A stretch of 34,192 nucleotides of DNA, taken from an uncultured Oscillospiraceae bacterium. Lineage in GTDB: Bacteria; Bacillota; Clostridia; Oscillospirales; Oscillospiraceae. The notes beneath the pieces were generated by a model. That model did not search any database. It saw only the letters and a program-made list of their open reading frames with translations, and was not told the DNA's origin. Below are positions 1 through 6,922 of the stretch, piece by piece. How positions within the stretch are numbered: position 1 is the stretch's first letter; every line of letters starts with the position of its first letter. A program made the translations under genes and the position numbers. The stretch covers positions 1-34,192 of the forward strand of contig CAYRPD010000004.1 in assembly GCA_964426095.1 (NCBI GenBank), given 5' to 3'.

Positions 1-55
1 ATACACTTTCTTTTTCGGAGAAATTAAAAAGAGATAATTCGGAGGACAAATAAAA

Positions 56-2698
56 ATGGAAAAGTACGGTCTCAACCAACTTCGCGAGATGTTTCTCAGC
101 TTCTTTGAAAGCAAAGACCATCTCCGTCTGCCCAGCTTCTCGCTCATTCCGCAAAATGATGCGAGCCTGCTGCTCATCAACTCCGGCATGGCGCCCATGA
201 AGCCCTATTTCAAGGGCGAGCAAGAGCCGCCCCGCCGCCGCGTGTGCACCTGCCAAAAGTGCATCCGCACCGGTGACATTGAAAACATCGGCAAAACCGC
301 CCGCCACGGCACGTATTTTGAAATGCTCGGCAACTTCTCGTTCGGCGATTATTTCAAGCATGAAGCCATTGCGTGGAGCTGGGAGTTTCTCACCTCGCCC
401 GATTGGGTCGGCATTGACCCGGATAGGCTCTATCCCTCTATCTACGTGGACGATGACGAAGCCTTTGAGATTTGGAATAAGGAAATCGGCATACCCGCCG
501 AGCGTATTTTCCGCTTCGGCAAAGAAGATAACTTCTGGGAGCATGGCGCAGGCCCGTGCGGCCCGTGCTCGGAGATTTACTTTGACCGCGGCGAAAAGTA
601 CGGCTGCGGCAAGCCCGATTGCACTGTCGGCTGTGATTGTGACCGCTACATGGAAGTTTGGAACAATGTCTTTTCCCAGTTTGATAATGACGGCAACAAT
701 AACTATACCGAGCTTAAGCAGAAGAACATTGACACCGGCATGGGCTTGGAGCGCTTGGCCGTTGTCTGCCAGGGCGTTGATTCCCTTTTCGATGTCGATA
801 CCGTCATGAACATCACCCATAAGGTCAGCGAGCTTACCGGCGCTTACTACGGGAAGAGCCACAAGATGGACGTGTCGCTTCGCGTTATAACCGACCATAT
901 TCGCTCTGCCACCTTTATGATTTGCGACGGCGTTTTGCCCTCGAACGAGGGCAGGGGCTACGTTCTCCGCCGCCTTTTGCGCCGCGCCGCGCGCCACGGC
1001 AAGCTCTTGGGCGTGAACGAACCGTTCCTTTACAAGGTCATTGACACGGTTATTCACGAAAACGAGTGCCAGTACCCCGAGCTTCGCGAGAAGCAGAGCT
1101 ATATTACCAAGGTTGTTAAAACCGAGGAAGAGAACTTTGCTAAGACCATTGATGCCGGCATGAAGATTTTTGCCGACCTTCTTGCCGAGCATAAGGCAAA
1201 GGGCGAAACCGTTTTTTCCGGCGCTGACGCTTTTAAGCTTTACGATACCTACGGCTTCCCCATAGATCTTACGCTTGAAATGTGCGCTGATGACGGCATG
1301 ACCGTTGACGAAGAGGGCTTCAAAGCGCTCATGGAAGAGCAGCGTGTGCGCGCAAGAAAAGCGCGCGAGGCGCTGGGTGACCTCGGCTGGGCGGGTCAGG
1401 AATTCGGCAAGGATGTGCCCGAAACCGAGTATATAGGCTATGAAAACACCGAGTGCACCGGCAAGGTTGTTGCCATTGTCGCCGAAGGCGAGCTGCGCGA
1501 TGAGATAACTTCCGGCACGGAAGCGATAATCGTGCTTGACCGCACTGTTATGTACGCCGAAATGGGCGGCCAAGTGGCCGACCACGCCACTTTGACGGCG
1601 GACGGCGTGAGCTTTGAGGTTAATAATGTCTCCAAGAATAAGGGCGGCAAGTTCATGCACTGCGGCAAGCTCCTATCCGGCGCTGTAAAGCTTGGGGATG
1701 AGCTTCATGTGAGCATTGATGTTGAGCGCCGCAAGGCCGTTTCCCGCGCGCACACCGCGACCCACCTTTTGCAAAGCGCACTCAGACAAGTCTTGGGCGA
1801 CCATGTGCATCAGGCCGGTTCTCTTGTCGAGCCCGACAGACTTCGCTTTGACTTTACGCACTTTTCCGCCCTCACTACGGAAGAGCTTAACCGCGTTAAT
1901 GCGCTCATGGCCGATATGATTCTTGACGGCGCTGAGGTTAACACCAAGGTCATGGCCTATGATGAAGCCAAGGAGCTTGGCGCAACGGCGCTCTTCGGCG
2001 AAAAGTACGGCGACACCGTGCGTGTTGTGACTATGGGCGACTATTCTATGGAGTTTTGCGGCGGTACGCACCTTGATAATACCGCAAAAGTCGGTATGTT
2101 CGTTGTCACCTCCGAGGGGTCAGTCGCTTCCGGCGTGCGCCGCATTGAAGCACTTACCGGGCGCGAGGTTATAAATAGATACGTCAGTATGTCCTCCACC
2201 ATGACAAAGGTTGCCGATAAGCTCAAGGCGCGTCCCGTTGACATCATGGCGCGTGTGGAAAGCAATCTCCTTGAAATCCACGATTTGAAGCAGAACATAG
2301 ATAAGCTCAAAGAGCAGATTATGTCCGGCCAGGCAGAGCGATTGCTGTACGGCGCAAAGGACATTAAGGGGCTGAAAGTCGTCACGATTACAAACGGCCC
2401 TGTTAACGCCGCCGATATCCGCAAAATGGGCGACCAGCTCAAGGATAGATACCCCAACATCGTGGCCGTCCTCGCCGCCACGGCAGAGGATAAGGCGACC
2501 ATGCTTGCCATATGCGGCAAAAACGCCATTGCGCGCGGCATTCGCGCCGGGGATCTTATAAAGACCATTACGAAGCTTTGCGAGGGTTCCGGCGGCGGCA
2601 AGCCCGATTCCGCAATGGGCGGATGCAAAAACCTTATCAAGCTTGACGATGCTATGGCGGCGGTTGACAACTATGTCGATATGAACGCGCAGGACTGA
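56..2698 (+). CDS. alaS: alanine--tRNA ligase (AlaRS)
   Basis: 880-aa ORF with RBS ggagga 9 nt upstream. Class II core FEMLGNFSFGDYFK. Editing-domain zinc motifs HTATHLL and CGGTH. C-terminal GGGKPD segment typical of AlaRS. Confidence 0.97.
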   Translation: MEKYGLNQLREMFLSFFESKDHLRLPSFSLIPQNDASLLLINSGMAPMKPYFKGEQEPPRRRVCTCQKCIRTGDIENIGKTARHGTYFEMLGNFSFGDYFKHEAIAWSWEFLTSPDWVGIDPDRLYPSIYVDDDEAFEIWNKEIGIPAERIFRFGKEDNFWEHGAGPCGPCSEIYFDRGEKYGCGKPDCTVGCDCDRYMEVWNNVFSQFDNDGNNNYTELKQKNIDTGMGLERLAVVCQGVDSLFDVDTVMNITHKVSELTGAYYGKSHKMDVSLRVITDHIRSATFMICDGVLPSNEGRGYVLRRLLRRAARHGKLLGVNEPFLYKVIDTVIHENECQYPELREKQSYITKVVKTEEENFAKTIDAGMKIFADLLAEHKAKGETVFSGADAFKLYDTYGFPIDLTLEMCADDGMTVDEEGFKALMEEQRVRARKAREALGDLGWAGQEFGKDVPETEYIGYENTECTGKVVAIVAEGELRDEITSGTEAIIVLDRTVMYAEMGGQVADHATLTADGVSFEVNNVSKNKGGKFMHCGKLLSGAVKLGDELHVSIDVERRKAVSRAHTATHLLQSALRQVLGDHVHQAGSLVEPDRLRFDFTHFSALTTEELNRVNALMADMILDGAEVNTKVMAYDEAKELGATALFGEKYGDTVRVVTMGDYSMEFCGGTHLDNTAKVGMFVVTSEGSVASGVRRIEALTGREVINRYVSMSSTMTKVADKLKARPVDIMARVESNLLEIHDLKQNIDKLKEQIMSGQAERLLYGAKDIKGLKVVTITNGPVNAADIRKMGDQLKDRYPNIVAVLAATAEDKATMLAICGKNAIARGIRAGDLIKTITKLCEGSGGGKPDSAMGGCKNLIKLDDAMAAVDNYVDMNAQD

Positions 2699-2719
2699 TT
2701 TAATAAAGGAGTGTGTCAA

Positions 2720-3061
2720 ATGAACGATTGCCTTTTCTGCAAGATTATAGCGGGGGAGATCCCCTCTGCAAAGGTTTATGAGGATGAACACATTTATGCT
2801 TTTCGAGATATTAACCCGCAAGCGCCCGTGCATATTCTCATAGTGCCGAAAGAGCATATTTGCTGTGCCGACGCAATAGACGCTTCTAATTCCGCTGTCG
2901 TGGCGCAGGTTTTTGAAGCCGTGCCCAAGATTGCCAAGGCCGAGGGGCTTACCGGCGGCTACCGCGTTATCAATAACTGCGGTGCTGACGGCGGCCAAAC
3001 CGTGATGCACCTGCATTTTCACCTCATCGGCGGCGAAAAGCTGAGCGAGAAAATAGTGTGA
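2720..3061 (+). CDS. HIT-family (histidine triad) nucleotide hydrolase
   Basis: Histidine triad HLHFHLI near the C-terminus and an N-terminal CLFCKI motif. ATG at 2720 follows aaaggag (8-nt spacer); the track's GTG start at 2711 lacks an RBS. Confidence 0.9.
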   Translation: MNDCLFCKIIAGEIPSAKVYEDEHIYAFRDINPQAPVHILIVPKEHICCADAIDASNSAVVAQVFEAVPKIAKAEGLTGGYRVINNCGADGGQTVMHLHFHLIGGEKLSEKIV

Positions 3062-3082
3062 TTATTTGAAAATAGGTTAAAT

Positions 3083-3120
3083 CAAAACCGCCCGACGCTT
3101 TTATGTGTCGAGCGGTTTTG
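3083..3120 (+). terminator. imperfect hairpin terminator after the HIT gene
   Basis: caaaaccgcccgac / gtcgagcggttttg stem (one mismatch) 22 nt after the stop codon. A/T-run arms make it potentially bidirectional. Confidence 0.55.
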
Positions 3121-3166
3121 GCTATGTGCGGTTGTTATGTTTGGCTCTCGTTTAGAAAACTTCATC

Positions 3167-3302
3167 TTGACTTCTTTTGCGGACTGTGATAGTCTCTACA
3201 ACGAAATGTTGCTGAGGAATTTGGACTTCGGGTTATTCCCGTATGAGCCAATTTTGTCCTTAGCAACATTTATTTTGTTATATTCTCAGAGTTGCTTTTT
3301 TT
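3167..3302 (+). ncRNA. candidate small RNA (promoter + long hairpin + U-tract)
   Basis: TTGACT (3167-3172), 17-nt spacer, then an extended -10 (TG at 3187-3188, TAGTCT at 3190-3195). 15-bp stem 3204-3218 / 3258-3272 with one G.U. GTTGC followed by a T7 run at 3291-3302. No RBS-led ORF. Confidence 0.25.
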
Positions 3303-3371
3303 ACCTGTTGCAAATTGTTGTAGCAAAATAGCTCTCTATTCCATTCGTAAAAATGCGTGTTAAATACAGAT

Positions 3372-3400
3372 ATAATTCAATCAAATAGTGATTGAATTAT
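3372..3400. repeat. 12-bp perfect inverted repeat (ataattcaatca N5 tgattgaattat)
   Basis: Read directly from the sequence; function unknown (binding site or hairpin). Confidence 0.6.
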
Positions 3401-3447
3401 TCAAATCTGAACAGGGGCAAAAACCCGAAAAGCATTGATAACAAAGA

Positions 3448-3487
3448 AGAATCCTGCAATCTCAACGATTGCAGGATTCTTAAAAAA
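3448..3487 (-). terminator. hairpin downstream of the tRNA 3' end remnant
   Basis: 14-bp perfect stem agaatcctgcaatc / gattgcaggattct with a 5-nt loop. On the minus strand it follows the CCA end and is followed by tctttgtt. Confidence 0.5.
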
Positions 3488-3515
3488 TGGTCGGAGTGCG
3501 GAGATTTGAACCCCG
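3488..3515 (-). other. truncated tRNA 3' end (T-arm + acceptor 3' strand + ACCA); probable att core
   Basis: The reverse complement reads CGGGG-TTCAAAT-CTCCG-CACTCCG-A-CCA. No D-arm, anticodon arm or matching 5' acceptor strand lies further right. The C1-G72/A73-type end resembles tRNA-Pro (inference). Confidence 0.6.
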
Positions 3516-3589
3516 AAGAAAACGCGTAAAGACATTGATAACACTAGGCTTTTTAAATGCATTCGTAAATCCGTTCGTAAAAATGCACG

Positions 3590-4696
3590 TTAAGTATTAT
3601 AGAATGCGGCGATTTCATTCTGACTGTTGGTAACATCCAGCTTGGAAACGTGGGTATAAATATTACGCATAGTCTTTGAATCAGCCCAGCCGCCAATCTC
3701 CATAGCAACGGGTTCAGGTAATCGAAGATGAGCGGCAAGAGAAGCGAAGCTGTGACGGCAGCCATGCACACCTATCTTCGGCAAACTGTTCTCTTTACAG
3801 ATACGATTGATTTGCTTGCACAATGTATTAGGCGCACAGTTCATTACTCGCCCTGATTTAATCGGTGCGGCAGACAGTACATCATAAAGCTGGTTCATCA
3901 TTATAGGAACATCGCGGCGCGAGGTTTTATTTTTGTTCTGCTTCTTGGTGACAAGCTTGTTGTTTTCACCGTACACCATAGCACCGCGCACGTGAATGAC
4001 GCGGTGCACAAGGTCGATGTTGTCCCATGTCAGCGCGAGTATCTCAGAGCGGCGCAGAGAAGACAGCGCGAGGAGCGCGCCGATCTCGCAAGGTTGTCCG
4101 GCGATAGCTGTACAGAAAAGCTTGATTTCTTCCGGCATAAGCCAAGCGTGCTCTTCACTTACCACTTGAGCGGTGCGAATGTTCAGCTTTTGCCCGGTAA
4201 CAGAAGATATGACGGTATTCACAAAACCCCATGCATTATGTACAGTTTTTGTTGCACAGGAGCGGGTCTCTGCGTTTACTGCGGTTTGAGCAACTGCGGG
4301 TGTAATCGCGGAAACTTCCATATCCATAAGTGAGGGGAAGCGCTTGTTTTGGTAGTTCCTATAGGTGCGCACGGTTTCCGGGGATAGTACAGCGTCCTTT
4401 GAAGAAATGTATCTATCTATTGCCTTTGACAGAGTAATGCACTCTGTCTTTTTTTTCGCTTCGATGAAGCCCACGCGGACGGCGCGCGCACGCGCCGTGC
4501 ACAGCTCGGGCGTGTCCTCGGTGATACTCTCGTGCTCGGCGCGAAGCTCAATGTTCCACGCGCCGGAGCTTAACAGCCGGGGCTTTGGCACGCGTATCTC
4601 CTTTTTCTTCTTCCGTTCACGGAGCTGCTTTTCGCCGCACCATTTGCAGAAGATAGAATCATCATCAATCGTGCGCTTGCAATTCTTACAAAGCAT
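3590..4696 (-). CDS. int: tyrosine recombinase / phage integrase with N-terminal zinc ribbon
   Basis: Catalytic-type motifs LRRSE (Arg), HGCRHSF (H-x-x-R) and NIYTHV (Tyr). N-terminal CKNC...CKWC. Located next to the att remnant. Confidence 0.9.
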   Translation of the reverse strand: MLCKNCKRTIDDDSIFCKWCGEKQLRERKKKKEIRVPKPRLLSSGAWNIELRAEHESITEDTPELCTARARAVRVGFIEAKKKTECITLSKAIDRYISSKDAVLSPETVRTYRNYQNKRFPSLMDMEVSAITPAVAQTAVNAETRSCATKTVHNAWGFVNTVISSVTGQKLNIRTAQVVSEEHAWLMPEEIKLFCTAIAGQPCEIGALLALSSLRRSEILALTWDNIDLVHRVIHVRGAMVYGENNKLVTKKQNKNKTSRRDVPIMMNQLYDVLSAAPIKSGRVMNCAPNTLCKQINRICKENSLPKIGVHGCRHSFASLAAHLRLPEPVAMEIGGWADSKTMRNIYTHVSKLDVTNSQNEIAAFYNT

Positions 4697-5176
4697 GGCC
4701 CGTTACCCAAGAGACGATCCGCGCCAGCACTTGCGCGCTTGACGGTTCAAGAGTGTAGGCGGCTTGTGTGGCATATCGAATCCAACCGATGTGAGGATTG
4801 AACGCATCGTATACGAATACAGAAATCACGGCTAGGGCAAGCGCAACAAACAGCGCGCTCCAAAGCTTAACCTTGCTTCGTTCGTGCATAACCTCACTGC
4901 GAAGCTCGGCCACGAGCGGGTCATTAGAAGAATAGGAATGCGTTCGCTCTGCGGGGGCAGCACCGATTACCTCATCAACAGAGCCGCCGCAAGCGGTGAT
5001 GATGCCGCACAGAAGCATGAACGAGGGATTCTTGCTTATCTCACTACCCGAACCGTTGAGCAAGCGGCTGATAGTTTTTCATTCACGCCGCACCTATCCG
5101 CGAGAGCGGCGTAGGAAATGCCGCTCGTTACGACAAGCTCCCGCGTTCTCTCCAATATTTGATTCTTATCTAACAT
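4686..5176 (-). pseudogene. HTH (XRE-type) + single transmembrane helix regulator, interrupted by a frameshift
   Basis: ATG 5176 with RBS gggagga gives MLDKNQILERTRELVVTSGISYAALADRCGVNEK, then a stop. The -1 frame continues TISRLLNGSGSE... with TM helix LWSALFVALALAVISVFVY. The break is at the T5 run 5075-5079 (A5 on the coding strand). Confidence 0.6.
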
Positions 5177-5366
5177 TCAAGTCCTCCCATGCATTTTGAT
5201 TCTGATATATAAATCCGTCCCCAAGCATGGGCGAATAAAAGACAAATTAGTCCGTTGCATTCCAAGGTTGCCGGTGTTAATGTATAAGCAACGGGTGAAA
5301 CAAACGTTAATAACTTGTTAACGATTATAAAGCGTGAAGAAATTTATGTCAAGGAGAAATAAAGAA

Positions 5367-5480
5367 ATGTATAGAATTAATTGTAGGCCTAGCTGTTGCC
5401 GCTGCTGTTGCATGAAGCATTGTTGCCCCGGCGTTGACATGGGAGCGAGCGGGGGGAACAAAGCAAACTTGCCCCAGTGA
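5367..5480 (+). CDS. candidate 37-aa cysteine-rich micropeptide (MYRINCRPSCCRCCCMKHCCPGVDMGASGGNKANLPQ)
   Basis: aaggaga lies 10 nt upstream of the ATG, and an in-frame alternative ATG is at 5346. 9 of 37 residues are Cys. The region is also open on the opposite strand, so coding is uncertain. Confidence 0.25.
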   Translation: MYRINCRPSCCRCCCMKHCCPGVDMGASGGNKANLPQ

Positions 5481-5492
5481 GGGGGTGCAATT

Positions 5493-5582
5493 ATGATAGA
5501 GCTGATAATCGCCAAGCTCGCCGCCGCCACGCCGGAGCAACTGCGCTATGTTCTGCTTATGCTTGACAACATGATAGGGTAA
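5493..5582 (+). CDS. candidate 29-aa peptide (MIELIIAKLAAATPEQLRYVLLMLDNMIG)
   Basis: RBS gaggggg 7 nt upstream; the stop lies 4 nt before the terminator hairpin. Confidence 0.3.
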   Translation: MIELIIAKLAAATPEQLRYVLLMLDNMIG

Positions 5583-5585
5583 AGC

Positions 5586-5620
5586 AAAAGACTGCAAGCA
5601 AAAACACTTGCAGTCTTTTT
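5586..5620. terminator. bidirectional intrinsic terminator
   Basis: 13-bp stem aaaagactgcaag / cttgcagtctttt with an 8-nt loop. T-rich tracts follow it on both strands. Confidence 0.7.
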
Positions 5621-5720
5621 CGTGGGTGTTGGCAGGGCGGCGTATCCTGCATCTCAGGTTCTCCTTTCAGAGAGCGTCGGGAGCCTTTCCAACCTCAACA
5701 TCCAAGAACATCATATGTGT
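5586..5720 (-). ncRNA. candidate ~135-nt transcript (sRNA, or mRNA of a 31-aa hydrophobic peptide at 5557..5652)
   Basis: Bounded by the consensus promoter at 5727-5755 and the terminator at 5586-5620. It contains aaaggaga-N7-ATG (5652) encoding MQDTPPCQHPRKRLQVFLLAVFCFTLSCCQA, but the terminator hairpin lies inside that ORF. Confidence 0.35.
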
Positions 5721-5726
5721 GTATGT

Positions 5727-5755
5727 ATTATATTATACAAATGTAATTTTGTCAA
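5727..5755 (-). promoter_or_regulatory. consensus sigma-A type promoter
   Basis: Minus strand reads TTGACA (5755-5750), a 17-nt spacer, then TATAAT (5732-5727). Confidence 0.6.
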
Positions 5756-5762
5756 TTGCCAG

Positions 5763-6119
5763 TCAAGAAAATTTAACAAGTCTGCCGCTTGTTATTCGAT
5801 TCGCAAGTTTAGCTTCGCTGATTTCAAAGAAACTTGCAACGTAAAGATAGTTATGTTTTACATCAAGTTTTACGCACACCATCAAATCATCTTCCAAGCA
5901 CTTAACCAACTCTATGCTTTGCGGTTCTTTGGGGTTTTTGCCAATGTAGTCAGGCTCGGCAATGATGGTAGGAATAAGATCTATATCACCAATGCGGGCA
6001 GGGTGTCGCTTCAAAATGTGTTTGGAAAGACCGTTTGATTGGTATATATCACCGCAAGGAATATGTTGCCCGGTTAAAGAATTAAACTTCTCTATGTATT
6101 CTCCGACTATCTGTAGCAT
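5763..6119 (-). CDS. small nuclease-like protein resembling phage Barnase-EndoU-ColicinE5/D-RelE (BECR/PBECR) domains
   Basis: 118-aa ORF with RBS agagg. The layout KHILKRHP...PDYIGKNP...SIELVK...VCVKLD...YLYVASFF...GRLVKF matches my recollection of stand-alone PBECR-type proteins in Firmicutes prophages. The function is not verified. Confidence 0.45.
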   Translation of the reverse strand: MLQIVGEYIEKFNSLTGQHIPCGDIYQSNGLSKHILKRHPARIGDIDLIPTIIAEPDYIGKNPKEPQSIELVKCLEDDLMVCVKLDVKHNYLYVASFFEISEAKLANRITSGRLVKFS

Positions 6120-6135
6120 AATGAAAACCTCTGTA

Positions 6136-6175
6136 AAAAACGGCGAGACAGGGGAAAACCTATCTCGCCTTTTTC
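6136..6175. terminator. bidirectional intrinsic terminator immediately upstream of the nuclease-like gene
   Basis: ggcgaga / tctcgcc stem with a 14-nt loop, flanked by aaaaaac and ttttt. On the minus strand it ends 17 nt before the ATG at 6119. Confidence 0.6.
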
Positions 6176-6273
6176 AACCCCTCATCGGCGGAGGGGCTTC
6201 CAGTCCAGACGCACTTTTATATCCCGCTGTCGCCAAGCGGCACGGTGCGCAAGCAAAGTCAGCTTGCGCATAT

Positions 6274-6303
6274 ATTATATGCACAATCGAATAAAAAAGT
6301 CAA
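6274..6303 (-). promoter_or_regulatory. candidate promoter for the leader of the nuclease-like gene
   Basis: Minus strand reads TTGACT (6303-6298), an 18-nt spacer, then TATAAT (6279-6274). It overlaps the 15-nt palindrome gcatatattatatgc (6269-6283). Confidence 0.5.
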
Positions 6304-6328
6304 TCCCTGAATTAAACCTCTCGACACA

Positions 6329-6733
6329 TTATGTGTCGGGAGGTTTATCAATCTCGGCTATCTTCTCTGCGAGCGGGCGGATTATTTCAAGCAGCAGCTT
6401 CCACTGCGAAACATCTGTCTCGGCCATGAATTTTATAAGCTCCTCTTCCAACTCCGTGCGCTGACCGCCGAGAAGCTTACCCATGTATGCGGAGATTTCT
6501 TCCTTGCGGGTGCGTTCTTTGAACATCGGCTCATCGCCGCCGTGCCGCAGCCACAATTCATTCACGCCAAACTCCCGGCAGATATCAGAAATAGTGCGGT
6601 CGCTGGGTGTGCGTTTCCCCTGCTCAATCATCCACACATAGTTTTGAGATAGCTTTATTTTTTCGCCGAAATCTGATTGTGTCTGATTAAAATGTGCGCG
6701 AATAGTCTTGATTCTTTCGCCTATCGTATCCAT
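6329..6733 (-). CDS. cI-like repressor (XRE-family HTH)
   Basis: N-terminal HTH TQSDFGEKIKLSQNYVWMIEQGKRTPS. It diverges from a strong plus-strand promoter. A hairpin at 6316-6349 overlaps its 3' end. Confidence 0.85.
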   Translation of the reverse strand: MDTIGERIKTIRAHFNQTQSDFGEKIKLSQNYVWMIEQGKRTPSDRTISDICREFGVNELWLRHGGDEPMFKERTRKEEISAYMGKLLGGQRTELEEELIKFMAETDVSQWKLLLEIIRPLAEKIAEIDKPPDT

Positions 6734-6755
6734 GTTCTCACCCCCTTTGAAACAA

Positions 6756-6849
6756 AAAATATCATATCAATCTAACTTTGTCAATAAAAATTTGAAAAAT
6801 TATATTGACAAGCTCTAACTAAGGTGTTATATTAGACTCACAAGTTAGA
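6756..6849. promoter_or_regulatory. genetic-switch region: back-to-back promoters plus three TCTAACT boxes
   Basis: Minus strand: TTGACA (6784-6779), 17 nt, TATTTT. Plus strand: TTGACA (6805-6810), 17 nt, TGtTATATT (6825-6833). TCTAACT occurs at 6771-6777 and 6814-6820 and inverted at 6843-6849. Confidence 0.6.
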
Positions 6850-6872
6850 AAATCTTTTTTGTGCTACGCTAC

Positions 6873-6915
6873 GAAAAAGTGAAGAAGTCAATCAAAAATG
6901 ACTTGACTTCTTCAC
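6873..6915 (-). terminator. intrinsic terminator of the moron operon
   Basis: 13-bp perfect stem gtgaagaagtcaa / ttgacttcttcac, followed on the minus strand by tttttcg. It lies 8 nt after the stop at 6923. Confidence 0.65.
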
Positions 6916-6922
6916 GAGCGGG

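Noticed and set aside
273-3022. Track ORFs inside or antisense to alaS and the HIT gene (273..809, 1438..1668, 1673..2071, 1716..1919, 2041..2670, 2120..3022).
   Set aside because: All lie within the well-supported alaS/HIT coding frames. They have no RBS and low-complexity Ala/Arg/Ser-rich translations typical of shadow ORFs.
3137-3331. 64-aa plus-strand ORF in the spacer after the HIT gene.
   Set aside because: It has no RBS and starts upstream of the only good promoter. It is spanned by the long hairpin, so it is better explained as non-coding.
3488-3570. Possible complete tRNA gene on the minus strand.
   Set aside because: Only the T-arm, acceptor 3' strand and CCA (28 nt) are tRNA-like. 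No matching 5' acceptor strand (CGGAGTG), D-arm or anticodon arm follows, so I call it a remnant.
5318-5597. Minus-strand ORFs 5318..5530 and 5349..5597.
   Set aside because: One starts inside the terminator hairpin, neither has an RBS, and the translations are not protein-like. They mirror the GC-rich Cys-codon stretch of the plus-strand micro-ORF.
5608-6294. Plus-strand ORFs 5608..5844, 5622..6038 and 5962..6294, antisense to the nuclease-like gene and its leader.
   Set aside because: They have no RBS and overlap a better-supported minus-strand gene, promoter and terminators.
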